This document shows, piece by piece, positions 1-8,931 of a DNA stretch of 64,000 nucleotides. A program made the translations under genes and the position numbers. Below the pieces are notes generated by a model, which ran no database searches, was not told where the DNA came from, and was given only the letters and a program-made list of their open reading frames with translations. Source of the DNA: Candidatus Magasanikiibacteriota bacterium (GTDB lineage Bacteria > Patescibacteriota > Patescibacteriia > Magasanikbacterales > GWA2-37-8); contig CAWDHY010000001.1 of the NCBI GenBank assembly GCA_963802255.1, forward strand, positions 171,842 through 235,841, read 5' to 3'. Position 1 is the first letter of the stretch; each line of letters opens with the position of its first letter.

Positions 1-25
1 TAACCGCTTTGGGCATATTACCTTT

Positions 26-649
26 TTAATAATTTTTTTCCAAAATCATTAATTTAGTTTCTTCCTGTGGCAAATCCTTTTTCTTAATAATAAATTTTTT
101 GTCAGTTGCTTCCGGTTTCAAACCGAGATTCTTTATGAATTCGGAAATTGGCGCGGCTTTCGGGTCGGTATCGCATTGATAGGCGATTGGAATAATGATC
201 CGCGGCTCAAGAGCTGTGACTGTTGCCACCGCATCATCCGCCTCAAGAGTGCCGTTTTTTTCCGCACCAACCGGGATAAACAGAATATCAGGATTTCCCA
301 GTTTGGCGATCGTTTCAGTGCTCAATTTATGATTTATGCGTCCAAGATGCGCGATAGTTAAACCTTCAGAAATTATTTTGAAGATAAGGGTGTCGTTTGG
401 ACCCGGCAATGAATATATCATCGTATCTTTTATCTCAACTTCACCCAGAGTATTTAAAATAAAAGGGTCTTGGCTAAGAGTGACGGTATCCTCGTCGCCA
501 TGAGAAAAAAGCGCAATTTGAGGAGAAAAACTGCGGGGAAAATCACCGGTTGAAGGTTTGTAGGCGTCTACAATAATTGTAACGTCTTCGTCCCTGAGAT
601 TTTTTGTTTGCAATTTGACGCAGGTTTGGCCGAGCCAGTTAATATGCAT
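26..649 (-). CDS. Metallo-beta-lactamase-fold protein with degenerate metal-binding motifs
   Basis: N-terminal I-x-W-L-G-x-x-C...IVD pattern, HLG, DILFIPVG and IIIP motifs of the small MBL-fold hydrolase family; HxHxDH appears replaced by SHGDED. Confidence 0.75.
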   Translation of the reverse strand: MHINWLGQTCVKLQTKNLRDEDVTIIVDAYKPSTGDFPRSFSPQIALFSHGDEDTVTLSQDPFILNTLGEVEIKDTMIYSLPGPNDTLIFKIISEGLTIAHLGRINHKLSTETIAKLGNPDILFIPVGAEKNGTLEADDAVATVTALEPRIIIPIAYQCDTDPKAAPISEFIKNLGLKPEATDKKFIIKKKDLPQEETKLMILEKNY

Positions 650-787
650 AATATTCAGTAAAATTAGTGTTCCAAAGCATTAACATTCTATCATAAAAAA
701 CAAGTGTTATCAAGCCCGTAGTGGGGATATAATGTGGTTAATTTTTGGCTAAAATAAGCTATTTTATACCTTATCGTAAAATTTTTG

Positions 788-1651
788 CTATTTTGTCGCG
801 AGTAGCATGAAACTCAGATATCCAAGGTGCGGATCATCTGAAAATTTTCTATTTAATTCTGGCCTGATTTTTTCAACTTTTGATGTATCCAACAGATTTA
901 ACGGAATAAGTTTGATGTCCGTCCAGTCGTTATTTTTCAAAAAATCTTCGTATGCCTGTGGGCGCTTACGGTTGGGAATGCCGGTAAAATGACAAAAACG
1001 ATAGAAATTATCCGAGAAACGATAAATATTTAGCGGGTCATGATAACGGATAATTTGAGTATGGGTTTGCAAGTCAATTTCCGCCGCCAAAATCGCGCCG
1101 GGTGATGCCAATTGTGATAATTGGACAATAACATTTTCCACATTTTCAAAATGTTCAAAAGCCGCTTGGCTGAAAATAAAATCAAATTTGCGGTCAGCGA
1201 GTATGGATAAGTTAAAATTTTTATCGCATATATATTGAATGCGGCCACTATTATTTTTTAATTTTTTTAATTCTTCCCTGAGTTCGTTCAAAGAAACGCC
1301 GAATTTATGCGTTAAAACAGTAAATAATTTTTCATACAAAATATCAGGACAATTTTTCGCCAGCGAATTGGCGTCAAAGGCAGTGTAGGAAGCAGCGCCT
1401 TGCGCGATGGCTATAAAGGCATTGCCAAGGTCGGCGCCCGGGCCAAGTTCTAAAATATTTTTATTTTTAGCTTCGCTTTGATCGGAATATTTTTTTAGCT
1501 GATTCATCCAGCCGCTAAAAACATTTAGGTCATAATTAACCGCGCGGTCTATATCGGAAACGGAAAAAGGGCGGGGGCGGCTATAGCCAAAAATGGAATA
1601 GCGCATTTTATTGATTAAAAGTATCAGCGCGCCAAATAAATGGTAAAACAT
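788..1651 (-). CDS. Class I SAM-dependent methyltransferase
   Basis: ILELGPG motif I, FDFIFSQAAFEH, and LASPGA motif. Confidence 0.8.
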   Translation of the reverse strand: MFYHLFGALILLINKMRYSIFGYSRPRPFSVSDIDRAVNYDLNVFSGWMNQLKKYSDQSEAKNKNILELGPGADLGNAFIAIAQGAASYTAFDANSLAKNCPDILYEKLFTVLTHKFGVSLNELREELKKLKNNSGRIQYICDKNFNLSILADRKFDFIFSQAAFEHFENVENVIVQLSQLASPGAILAAEIDLQTHTQIIRYHDPLNIYRFSDNFYRFCHFTGIPNRKRPQAYEDFLKNNDWTDIKLIPLNLLDTSKVEKIRPELNRKFSDDPHLGYLSFMLLATK

Positions 1652-1775
1652 AGATAATAGGAAATTATTGTCATTATTATATATCTTTTTTTACGCTTTA
1701 TCAAGCGAAAAAATGGCGCTATCTATCCGCAATATCAGGAGAAAATACCGTTTAGAAACAGGGGGTCTGACCATC

Positions 1776-1804
1776 TTGACATGTTTTAATAATTAGGATA
1801 TACT
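1776..1804 (+). promoter_or_regulatory. Sigma70 promoter of rpsA
   Basis: TTGACA (1776-1781), 17-bp spacer, TATACT (1799-1804). Confidence 0.8.
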
Positions 1805-1895
1805 CACCTCACAATAAAAATACTAATCCGGCCCGATTTAGTGGCCGGAACCAAACCGCAAATATGCGGGAGGATAAGTGAGTTTTTTTGTTTGT

Positions 1896-3125
1896 ATGTC
1901 AGATGTAAAACAAGATTTTAAGAAATTGCTCGAGGACCATTTAATGAATTTCCCGAATGTCGGAGATATTGTTAAAGGCAAAGTAATATCCGTTGATAAA
2001 AATGAAGTGCGTATTGACGTGCAGAATTTAACGACGGCGATTGTCCGTGGCCGTGAGATGTTTTTTGAATCTCGCGAGTATTCCGATTTAAAGCTTGGAG
2101 ACGAAGTGGAGGCAACCGTTATTGATTTGGAAAATGAAAACGGTGAAATGGAACTGTCATTCCGTATCGCCGGCATGCAACGCGTTTGGGATAATATGAA
2201 GAAATGGATGTCTCAGGGCATTACCATAAAGGCGAAAGTATATTCGGCCAATAAAGGTGGTTTGATGGTTCAGGTCGGCGTGTTAAACGGCTTCATGCCG
2301 GTATCACAGCTCAACCCGGATCATTATCCGAGAGTGGCCGGTGGCGATAAAAATCGCATTTTTGAGAAATTACAGGAAATGGTCGGTGAGGATTTGGAAG
2401 TTAAAGTAATAGACGTAAATGAAAAAGAGGAAAAACTGATCGTTTCAGAAAAAGCTGTTTGGGAAGATGCACAAAAAGCCGTACTGGAGGCCTATAAAGT
2501 TGGTGATGTAGTTGACGGAGAAGTCAGCGCTATTACATCATTCGGCGTATTTATCAGGTTTGGTGAAGGATTAGAAGGTCTGGTGCATATCTCTGAAATT
2601 GCCTGGCAAAGGATTGATCACCCGAAAGATATCTTAAAAGTTGGCGATAAAATTCGCGCTCAAATTATTCAGCTTGACCACTCAAAGATATATCTCTCAA
2701 TAAAAAGATTAGTTGATGATCCGTGGAAAAAAGTGAAAGACAAATTTAAGGTCGGCGACACGGTGAAAGGCAAAATTATCAAAGTTGAACCGTTCGGTTT
2801 GATGATTAGCCTTGATAAAGAGATTCACGGTTTAGCGCATATTTCTGAACTTTCCGATGAACCGATTGCCAATATAAATGATAAATTCAAAATTGGGCAG
2901 GAACTTGAAATGGTAGTGGTGTCACTGGAACCGGCTGAGCATCGTTTGGGTTTGCGCATGGCCGGCGTAAAAGGCAAGACCGGGCGGAAAGCCGAAGCGG
3001 CTGCAAAATCTGTTGAGGATGAAAAGAATAATGAAGAGGAAGTTGAAAAGAATTTAGATGAACTGGCTGCGGTTGAGGCCGTTGCTGAAGCCGGACAAGT
3101 TGAAGAGGAAAAGAAAGAGGAATAA
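1896..3125 (+). CDS. rpsA: 30S ribosomal protein S1 (four S1 domains, acidic tail)
   Basis: Repeated S1 motifs (VGDIVKGKV, ANKGGL, FGVFI..EGLVHISE, GLAHISELS). ATG at 1896 preferred over the track start at 1878. Confidence 0.92.
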   Translation: MSDVKQDFKKLLEDHLMNFPNVGDIVKGKVISVDKNEVRIDVQNLTTAIVRGREMFFESREYSDLKLGDEVEATVIDLENENGEMELSFRIAGMQRVWDNMKKWMSQGITIKAKVYSANKGGLMVQVGVLNGFMPVSQLNPDHYPRVAGGDKNRIFEKLQEMVGEDLEVKVIDVNEKEEKLIVSEKAVWEDAQKAVLEAYKVGDVVDGEVSAITSFGVFIRFGEGLEGLVHISEIAWQRIDHPKDILKVGDKIRAQIIQLDHSKIYLSIKRLVDDPWKKVKDKFKVGDTVKGKIIKVEPFGLMISLDKEIHGLAHISELSDEPIANINDKFKIGQELEMVVVSLEPAEHRLGLRMAGVKGKTGRKAEAAAKSVEDEKNNEEEVEKNLDELAAVEAVAEAGQVEEEKKEE

Positions 3126-3145
3126 AATAGAAAAATTAAACAATA

Positions 3146-3169
3146 AATCCACCAGTTGGTGGGTTTTTT
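3146..3169 (+). terminator. Intrinsic terminator after rpsA
   Basis: AATCCACC-AGTT-GGTGGGTT hairpin followed by a T tract. Confidence 0.7.
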
Positions 3170-3175
3170 GTTATT

Positions 3176-3205
3176 TGAAATAAACCTGCTATGCTATCCG
3201 TATTA
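3176..3205 (+). promoter_or_regulatory. Candidate ECF-sigma autoregulatory promoter
   Basis: TGAAA-N18-CGTATTA, resembling the SigW-type TGAAAC-N16-CGTA consensus; the motif recurs at 4551-4579. Confidence 0.55.
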
Positions 3206-3220
3206 AAGGTATAACCATTT

Positions 3221-3787
3221 ATGACAAACGGACAGCTAGAAACAATGGCTGATGAAGAGCTTGTTTCGCTTTCAGTTGAAAAGAGCGAAATTTTTGGAAT
3301 TTTAATGAGACGCTATCAGGGCCGGCTTTTGTCATACATCCGACGTTTATCCGGATTGCGCAGTGAAGACGCGGAAGATGTTTTGCAGGAATCATATATT
3401 AAGGCCTATCTCAATTTAAATGATTTTGACCGGAAATTAAAATTTTCTTCTTGGCTTTATCGCATTGTTCATAATGAAACGATCAGTGAGTGGCGTAAAC
3501 GAAAAGCCCGCCCGAGCATAATTTTAGACAGTGAAGACTGGCAAAAAATTAAAAGTGGCTCAGATTTGAATAGTGAAATAATGGCAAAGTTTGATAAAGA
3601 GTTGATGAATAAAGCTATTGCACGTCTGCCAAAAAAGTATCGCGAGGTTATCGTTCTTAAATATCTTGAGGAAAGATCATATGAGGAAATGGCTGATATA
3701 TTGCGCAAACCTGCCGGCACTATCGGTACATTGATCAACCGGGCAAAAAAACAATTGAATAAAATATTGAAAAAATATGGATCTTAG
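3221..3787 (+). CDS. ECF-type RNA polymerase sigma-70 factor (SigW/RpoE-like)
   Basis: Region 2 DAEDVLQE..FSSWLYRI and region 4 LPKKYREVIVL..SYEEMADIL..GTIGTLINRAK. Confidence 0.93.
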   Translation: MTNGQLETMADEELVSLSVEKSEIFGILMRRYQGRLLSYIRRLSGLRSEDAEDVLQESYIKAYLNLNDFDRKLKFSSWLYRIVHNETISEWRKRKARPSIILDSEDWQKIKSGSDLNSEIMAKFDKELMNKAIARLPKKYREVIVLKYLEERSYEEMADILRKPAGTIGTLINRAKKQLNKILKKYGS

Positions 3788-4553
3788 CAAACAGGTTTTA
3801 GAACAAATTGAGAAGCAAAATATTCATCCGCGTTCGCGTTACGCTGTTTTTTTGAGACGTTCAATATTTTGGGCTTTCACTGCGCTTGCTTTGATGATTG
3901 GCAGTATAGCGGTTTCCATAACAATTTTTTCAATTGCCAATGTGGAATGGGATTTGTGGGCGAGAGCAACAAGTAGCTCCTGGAGATATGTGCTGTTTAT
4001 ATTTCCGTATTTTTGGCTGGTCATCTTTGTTGGTTTCATTTTGTTTGCGCATTACAATCTGCGCCACACAAAATATGGCTATAGATTTACTTTGTCAAAA
4101 GTTATTATCATCTATATTGTATCAACCGTCATATTAGGCGGTACTTTTTTCCGGCTTGGTCTTGGCCACGAAATCGAAGAACTTATTGCCGATTCTGCAC
4201 CTTTTTATCACCATTTACAAGGTGAAAGGATGATGTGGGTAATGCCGGAACAGGGTCTTTTGGGCGGGCGAGTTGAAAATATTGACGGGCCATATAACTT
4301 TATATTAACAGATTTGGATGGTGTAAGGTGGCAAATATCAGTGTCCGGCACTATCGGCGTGGAGTATACGTTTCCCGGTGCAAAAATAAAGATTATCGGT
4401 GAGAAATTTGGAACGAGCAGTTTTCAGGCGGCGGAAATCCGGTCTTGGTGCGGATGCAGCGGATGCAATAAAGAAAGTAATACTGCATGCATGCATGTAA
4501 GCGGAACCTGTCTTGGCGGCTCACTGTGCGGGCAGCAGGGATGCGGTTATTGA
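3777..4553 (+). CDS. Three-TM membrane protein with Cys-rich C-terminus, putative anti-sigma factor
   Basis: Overlaps the sigma stop codon; three hydrophobic segments; 7 Cys in the last ~35 aa. The function is inferred from position. Confidence 0.6.
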   Translation: MDLSKQVLEQIEKQNIHPRSRYAVFLRRSIFWAFTALALMIGSIAVSITIFSIANVEWDLWARATSSSWRYVLFIFPYFWLVIFVGFILFAHYNLRHTKYGYRFTLSKVIIIYIVSTVILGGTFFRLGLGHEIEELIADSAPFYHHLQGERMMWVMPEQGLLGGRVENIDGPYNFILTDLDGVRWQISVSGTIGVEYTFPGAKIKIIGEKFGTSSFQAAEIRSWCGCSGCNKESNTACMHVSGTCLGGSLCGQQGCGY

Positions 4554-4579
4554 AAGAAATATTTTTTTGATGCGTATTA
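4551..4579 (+). promoter_or_regulatory. Second candidate ECF-sigma promoter
   Basis: TGAAA-N17-CGTATTA upstream of the small Cys-rich gene. Confidence 0.55.
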
Positions 4580-4692
4580 GTTTATGAGCGCTCAAAAAAT
4601 ATTTCGTCACCTCCGGCTTGGCAAGGGTTATGAGCCTAAACTTGTCCGGGGGTGACACAAATTATTAACCGCAGAAAGCGGATAAAAAAATT

Positions 4693-4959
4693 ATGAAACC
4701 ACTTTGGTTTATAGGCGGAATAGCAGTAGCGGCAATGCTGGTTGTCGGTATCGGTTCAGCATTTGCATATCAGGGAAAAGGTGCCAATGTAAATACTGAA
4801 ATTGGCGATACAAAGACACAAACAAAAACCTGCGGATGCGCGCATGGGGCGCAAGCCGGCGGGTGCGGAGCGGCCGGTTGTACTGCAGGTTGTTCGCAAT
4901 GTAGTGGGCAAGGTGTCTGCGGCGACGGTTGTTCCGGAGGATGTAAAGCGGGGCGCTAA
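4693..4959 (+). CDS. Small secreted Cys/Gly-rich (metallothionein-like) protein
   Basis: Signal peptide ending SAFA; 9 Cys in the last ~42 aa; followed by a terminator. Confidence 0.65.
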   Translation: MKPLWFIGGIAVAAMLVVGIGSAFAYQGKGANVNTEIGDTKTQTKTCGCAHGAQAGGCGAAGCTAGCSQCSGQGVCGDGCSGGCKAGR

Positions 4960-4998
4960 GCGTTTCGGTCAATAAAAATAAGTCGAAGTAAAACCTTA

Positions 4999-5032
4999 AA
5001 AAAGAACCCCCGTTAAGCCGGGGGTTCTTTTT
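4999..5032. terminator. Bidirectional intrinsic terminator
   Basis: AAAAAGAACCCCCG-loop-CGGGGGTTCTTTTT between convergent genes. Confidence 0.85.
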
Positions 5033-5050
5033 ATAAAATTAATATTTTTA

Positions 5051-5239
5051 TTACATTTGCCATTCTGTTACGCCGTGCTGGGGTTCATCGTCTTTACGGC
5101 GTTCTTCTTCGGGCGGATAGGGACGCTCTTCAAGCGGTAAAGACGGATAACCGCCTTCGCGTCGTTTTTTTCTTCGTTTTTCATCCTCAATAATATGAAT
5201 TGGCATTTTTGGGTAATCAGCATTTAATTTGGGAGGCAT
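5051..5239 (-). CDS. Small charged hypothetical protein
   Basis: 62-aa ORF 11 bp downstream of the carboxypeptidase, same strand, ending at the terminator. Confidence 0.55.
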   Translation of the reverse strand: MPPKLNADYPKMPIHIIEDEKRRKKRREGGYPSLPLEERPYPPEEERRKDDEPQHGVTEWQM

Positions 5240-5250
5240 ATGATTTTATA

Positions 5251-6261
5251 TTAATCAACAAACGGCCCGGTGAATTCAATTTTTTTGTCCGGATAGATCG
5301 TTGTTTTACCGCCAATGGGCACTAGCATGGTATTTTTTTCCACATTGTGGCCGAAATTTTCCACTGCCAAAATATATAATGGATTGCCTGATTTTTTCCG
5401 GAATGCCATCACGTCACTGAGTAGATATTCAAATACTCGGTCCGGTTTTTCTTCCTGGCTTTGTTCCTTACCAAAAATTTTATTAAATTTTTTAAACCCT
5501 TTTTCCATCTCAGATTTATTAAACCTGCCGATGACCAGAGCCTTGATATGGCGGAATACACCCCGTTCATCAAGAGATATGATAACGCGGTGAAGATCTT
5601 CAATATGGATATCAATATCTTCCGCGAATAAAATATAATCGTCCCAGGTGCGTAGTTTGATATTGTACATGTCGAGCAAGTCGCGGAAGGTCGAGATATT
5701 TCCGCCAATGGCGATTCCCTCAATTTTTTCTTGGGGCGCTCCCGCCGGGCCATGCCAGGCGTAGTTTCCTTCTTTGAAGGAAAAAGAGTTTTTCTTTCCT
5801 TCAACAACGTCAAAAAACAATTGATTATTATCGTTTTCCAAAAGCCCGCAAACATTGGAATAATGAAATGTCAAAAGTTTCAGTTCAAAATATAAATAAT
5901 TTAAGAGGAAAGTTGTATCGGAAAAACCGTTTACGACCGGCCGATTTTTACGAATTTTCATTAAATCTGAATCAGTCAGATGCCGGATGATATCTTCACA
6001 GCCGGTTCCGCCGTAAACCGGTAATAGCCAATTTGCTTCTTTAATTGCCTGGCGAAATTTGCGTAAGCGTTCCGATTCGGATGCAGAAAGATACCGCAAA
6101 TCAAGATAACTTCTTTGCACGTCAAACAGATGGGTATTTAAATAGCGTCCTTTAATTTTTTTTAAGGCCGATTCAAAAGTCTGAATATCCGATTTTTCGA
6201 CCGGGGAGGATGTATGAACCAGATGAATTTTTGATTCAGGCGTTATTTTTTTTGGCAACAT
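5251..6261 (-). CDS. LD-carboxypeptidase (peptidase S66 / MccF-like)
   Basis: GFSDTT nucleophile motif, GGN, AED and FGH, consistent with the Ser-Glu-His triad. Confidence 0.88.
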   Translation of the reverse strand: MLPKKITPESKIHLVHTSSPVEKSDIQTFESALKKIKGRYLNTHLFDVQRSYLDLRYLSASESERLRKFRQAIKEANWLLPVYGGTGCEDIIRHLTDSDLMKIRKNRPVVNGFSDTTFLLNYLYFELKLLTFHYSNVCGLLENDNNQLFFDVVEGKKNSFSFKEGNYAWHGPAGAPQEKIEGIAIGGNISTFRDLLDMYNIKLRTWDDYILFAEDIDIHIEDLHRVIISLDERGVFRHIKALVIGRFNKSEMEKGFKKFNKIFGKEQSQEEKPDRVFEYLLSDVMAFRKKSGNPLYILAVENFGHNVEKNTMLVPIGGKTTIYPDKKIEFTGPFVD

Positions 6262-6271
6262 ATATACAGAG

Positions 6272-6841
6272 TTAATCTTTCAAATATTTTGCGACGCCGT
6301 CGTGCCGTCTTTCCTCTCTTTCTCTGGCGCAGGCGTAATCGTGTGCGTCGTTATAATGCATGCCTTTTTTCATCAAATTACGCTCATATAGCTCATGAAT
6401 TAGAACATATTTTCGCTCTTTTGTCAATATGGCGTCATCAAGCCAAATTTCATTTTTCGGCACATAATTATAGATAAGATCGTGCCCACCAAAGACGAAA
6501 TTGAAGTCAAAATATCTGCGCACCAGTTTACCTGAAACCAGAAAAATTTTTAACGCGCCCTTTTTATCTAATAGTTTTAAGTGAACTTTTTTTTGGTCAA
6601 TTCTATCCATTCCACTGCGTAAAATCTCTTTTGCTTTTTCATAATCGTATTTTTTCATTAGCGCTCGTTTTTTGATAAATGTATCCATCAACTCTTTTTT
6701 CTCTTTAATAAATAACTTATCAAACCAGATTTCATTTTTTGGGATATATGGGCAAGTGACATTATCTTCCACGCAGCTAAAATCAAGGTCAATAGTGTTT
6801 CTGATTTTATAACCGTCAACAATTTTAATTTTTTTTGGCAT
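6272..6841 (-). CDS. Hypothetical protein with internal duplication and HELYE motif
   Basis: Two similar halves (VDGYKIR..YIPKNEIWFD and VSGKLVR..YVPKNEIWLD); C-terminal HELYE...HYNDAH. Confidence 0.7.
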   Translation of the reverse strand: MPKKIKIVDGYKIRNTIDLDFSCVEDNVTCPYIPKNEIWFDKLFIKEKKELMDTFIKKRALMKKYDYEKAKEILRSGMDRIDQKKVHLKLLDKKGALKIFLVSGKLVRRYFDFNFVFGGHDLIYNYVPKNEIWLDDAILTKERKYVLIHELYERNLMKKGMHYNDAHDYACAREREERRHDGVAKYLKD

Positions 6842-6861
6842 ATAGAATTATTTTATTTAGT

Positions 6862-6927
6862 ATCACTCCCGCGCAGATAAAGATCTATTATTGTGAATAC
6901 CCGGATTCCCGCCTACGCGGGGGTGAC
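6862..6927. repeat. REP-like palindromic element
   Basis: ATCACTCCCGCGCAG ... GGATTCCCGCCTACGCGGGGGTGAC; a related copy is at 48356-48380. Confidence 0.6.
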
Positions 6928-7041
6928 ACCGGATACTTGATATTTTTCTAATTTTAGCATAAAATATCCATAATTGCTAATCAAAGACCGGGGCCGGTTA
7001 GACTGATAATCGTCCTTGGCAGTTATTAATTATCTATCAAT

Positions 7042-8880
7042 ATGCGGGATTTTATCAAGAATTTTTTGATTGTATTTTGCGCGCTTTTAGTCATCGCGGC
7101 CGTGCTGAGTTTTTTTAAAGTCGGCGACACACAAAAGCCGGATACAATTGGCGTGGCGAAAATGGTTGAAGAGATTAATGCCGGAGAAGTCAAGAAAGTC
7201 ACGGTTGAGGGCAGTATATTAAAGGTGGAGCTCAATGACGCATCCTTGAAACCGCAAGAAGTCAAGAAGGAACCGGCTGAGTCTTTTGGCGAGATAATGA
7301 AAAATTATGGTGTTTCTGATGAAGCAAGAGCGGCCTTGGAGGTTGAAGTAAAGGATGAAAGTTCATGGAAGTTTTGGGCGGCCAATATTATTCCAGCTCT
7401 TCTGCCTCTAATTATTATTATCGTCTTTTTCTTTTTTATGAGCCGTGGTGTGCAGGGAATGAATAATAAGGCGATGGGATTTGGACAGAGTAATCCGCGT
7501 CAGGTGAACCCTAATGAGCGCGAGAAAAAAACATTTGCCGATGTTGCCGGTACCACAGAAGCTAAGATTGAATTGCAAGAGATTGTTGAGTTCTTGAAAC
7601 AGCCGAAAAAATTTGCCGATATGGGAGCAAAGATTCCGAAGGGTGTACTGCTTATGGGAGCGCCAGGAACCGGCAAAACTTTGCTTGCGAAAGCAGTTGC
7701 CGGAGAAGCTGATGTACCATTTTTTCACATGTCCGGTTCGGAGTTTGTGGAAATGTTTGTCGGTGTCGGTGCATCACGTGTACGTGATTTATTTGGAAAA
7801 GCTAAAAAAGCGGCACCGGCCATTGTATTTATCGATGAAATTGACGCGGTTGGCCGACGGCGCGGTGCCGGTTTAGGCGGTGGGCATGATGAACGCGAGC
7901 AGACATTAAATCAGATTCTCGTGGAAATGGATGGTTTTGACCCGAACATTGGCGTGATTGTTGTCGCCGCGACAAATAGACCGGATGTTTTGGACCCGGC
8001 TTTGCTTCGTCCGGGGCGTTTTGACCGTCGGGTAGTTCTGGATTTGCCGGACATTAGAGATCGCGAAGAAATATTGGCAATCCACGCGATTAACAAACCG
8101 CTGTCCAAGGAAGTATCGCTTAGAAAAATTGCGGAACGGACTCCGGGATTTTCCGGAGCTGATTTGGAGAATCTTTTAAATGAGGCGGCTATATTAACGG
8201 TCCGCCGGGGTTTGAAAAAAATTGGGGAAATTGAAGTGTTGGAAAGCGTTGAAAAAGTATTGCTTGGCCCGGAAAGAAAAAGCCGTATTGTTACTGATAA
8301 AGAAAAGAAGATGACGGCTTATCATGAAGCGGGGCATGCGATTGTCGGATTCCTTATGCCAAATTGCGACCCGGTACGCAAAGTCTCAATAATTTCGCGC
8401 GGACAGGCGGGCGGATATACGCTTAAAATGCCGAGTGAAGATAAACGTTACCGGACGCTGGCTGAATTTAACGATGAATTATCTATGGCTCTCGGCGGAT
8501 TTGTTGTGGAAAAAATGATTTTTGGCGACGATATAATATCAACCGGCCCTTCGGCTGATTTAAAAATCGTAACCCAGATCGCTAAAGATATGGTGATGCG
8601 ATATGGCATGAGTAAACTCGGACCGCGCACTTTTGGCGAGCGGGAGGAACTGATTTTCTTAGGCCGTGAGATTCATGAACAACAAGATTATAGCGACAAG
8701 ACAGCGGAAATGATTGACAACGAGGTGAGTAGTATTATTTCCAAAGCCATGGAACGGGCGAAGGATCTTTTAGAACGGAACAAGGATAAACTGGAGAAGA
8801 TGGTGGCACGGCTACTTGAAAAAGAAACAATTGAGCAGGATGAGATTGCGGAAATTATGGGTGAGGAAACAAAATTATAA
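7042..8880 (+). CDS. ftsH: ATP-dependent zinc metalloprotease FtsH
   Basis: Two TMs, Walker A GAPGTGKT, Walker [36 protein letters not shown]. Confidence 0.98.
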   Translation: MRDFIKNFLIVFCALLVIAAVLSFFKVGDTQKPDTIGVAKMVEEINAGEVKKVTVEGSILKVELNDASLKPQEVKKEPAESFGEIMKNYGVSDEARAALEVEVKDESSWKFWAANIIPALLPLIIIIVFFFFMSRGVQGMNNKAMGFGQSNPRQVNPNEREKKTFADVAGTTEAKIELQEIVEFLKQPKKFADMGAKIPKGVLLMGAPGTGKTLLAKAVAGEADVPFFHMSGSEFVEMFVGVGASRVRDLFGKAKKAAPAIVFIDEIDAVGRRRGAGLGGGHDEREQTLNQILVEMDGFDPNIGVIVVAATNRPDVLDPALLRPGRFDRRVVLDLPDIRDREEILAIHAINKPLSKEVSLRKIAERTPGFSGADLENLLNEAAILTVRRGLKKIGEIEVLESVEKVLLGPERKSRIVTDKEKKMTAYHEAGHAIVGFLMPNCDPVRKVSIISRGQAGGYTLKMPSEDKRYRTLAEFNDELSMALGGFVVEKMIFGDDIISTGPSADLKIVTQIAKDMVMRYGMSKLGPRTFGEREELIFLGREIHEQQDYSDKTAEMIDNEVSSIISKAMERAKDLLERNKDKLEKMVARLLEKETIEQDEIAEIMGEETKL

Positions 8881-8889
8881 AACCCAATT

Positions 8890-8921
8890 AAAAAACACTC
8901 TGCTGTTGCAGAGTGTTTTTT
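8890..8921. terminator. Bidirectional intrinsic terminator
   Basis: AAAAAACACTCTGC-TGTT-GCAGAGTGTTTTTT between convergent genes. Confidence 0.85.
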
Positions 8922-8931
8922 AATATAATTT

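Noticed and set aside
1-16. Start of a minus-strand gene (MPKAV...)
   Set aside because: Only five codons are in the window, so the product cannot be identified.
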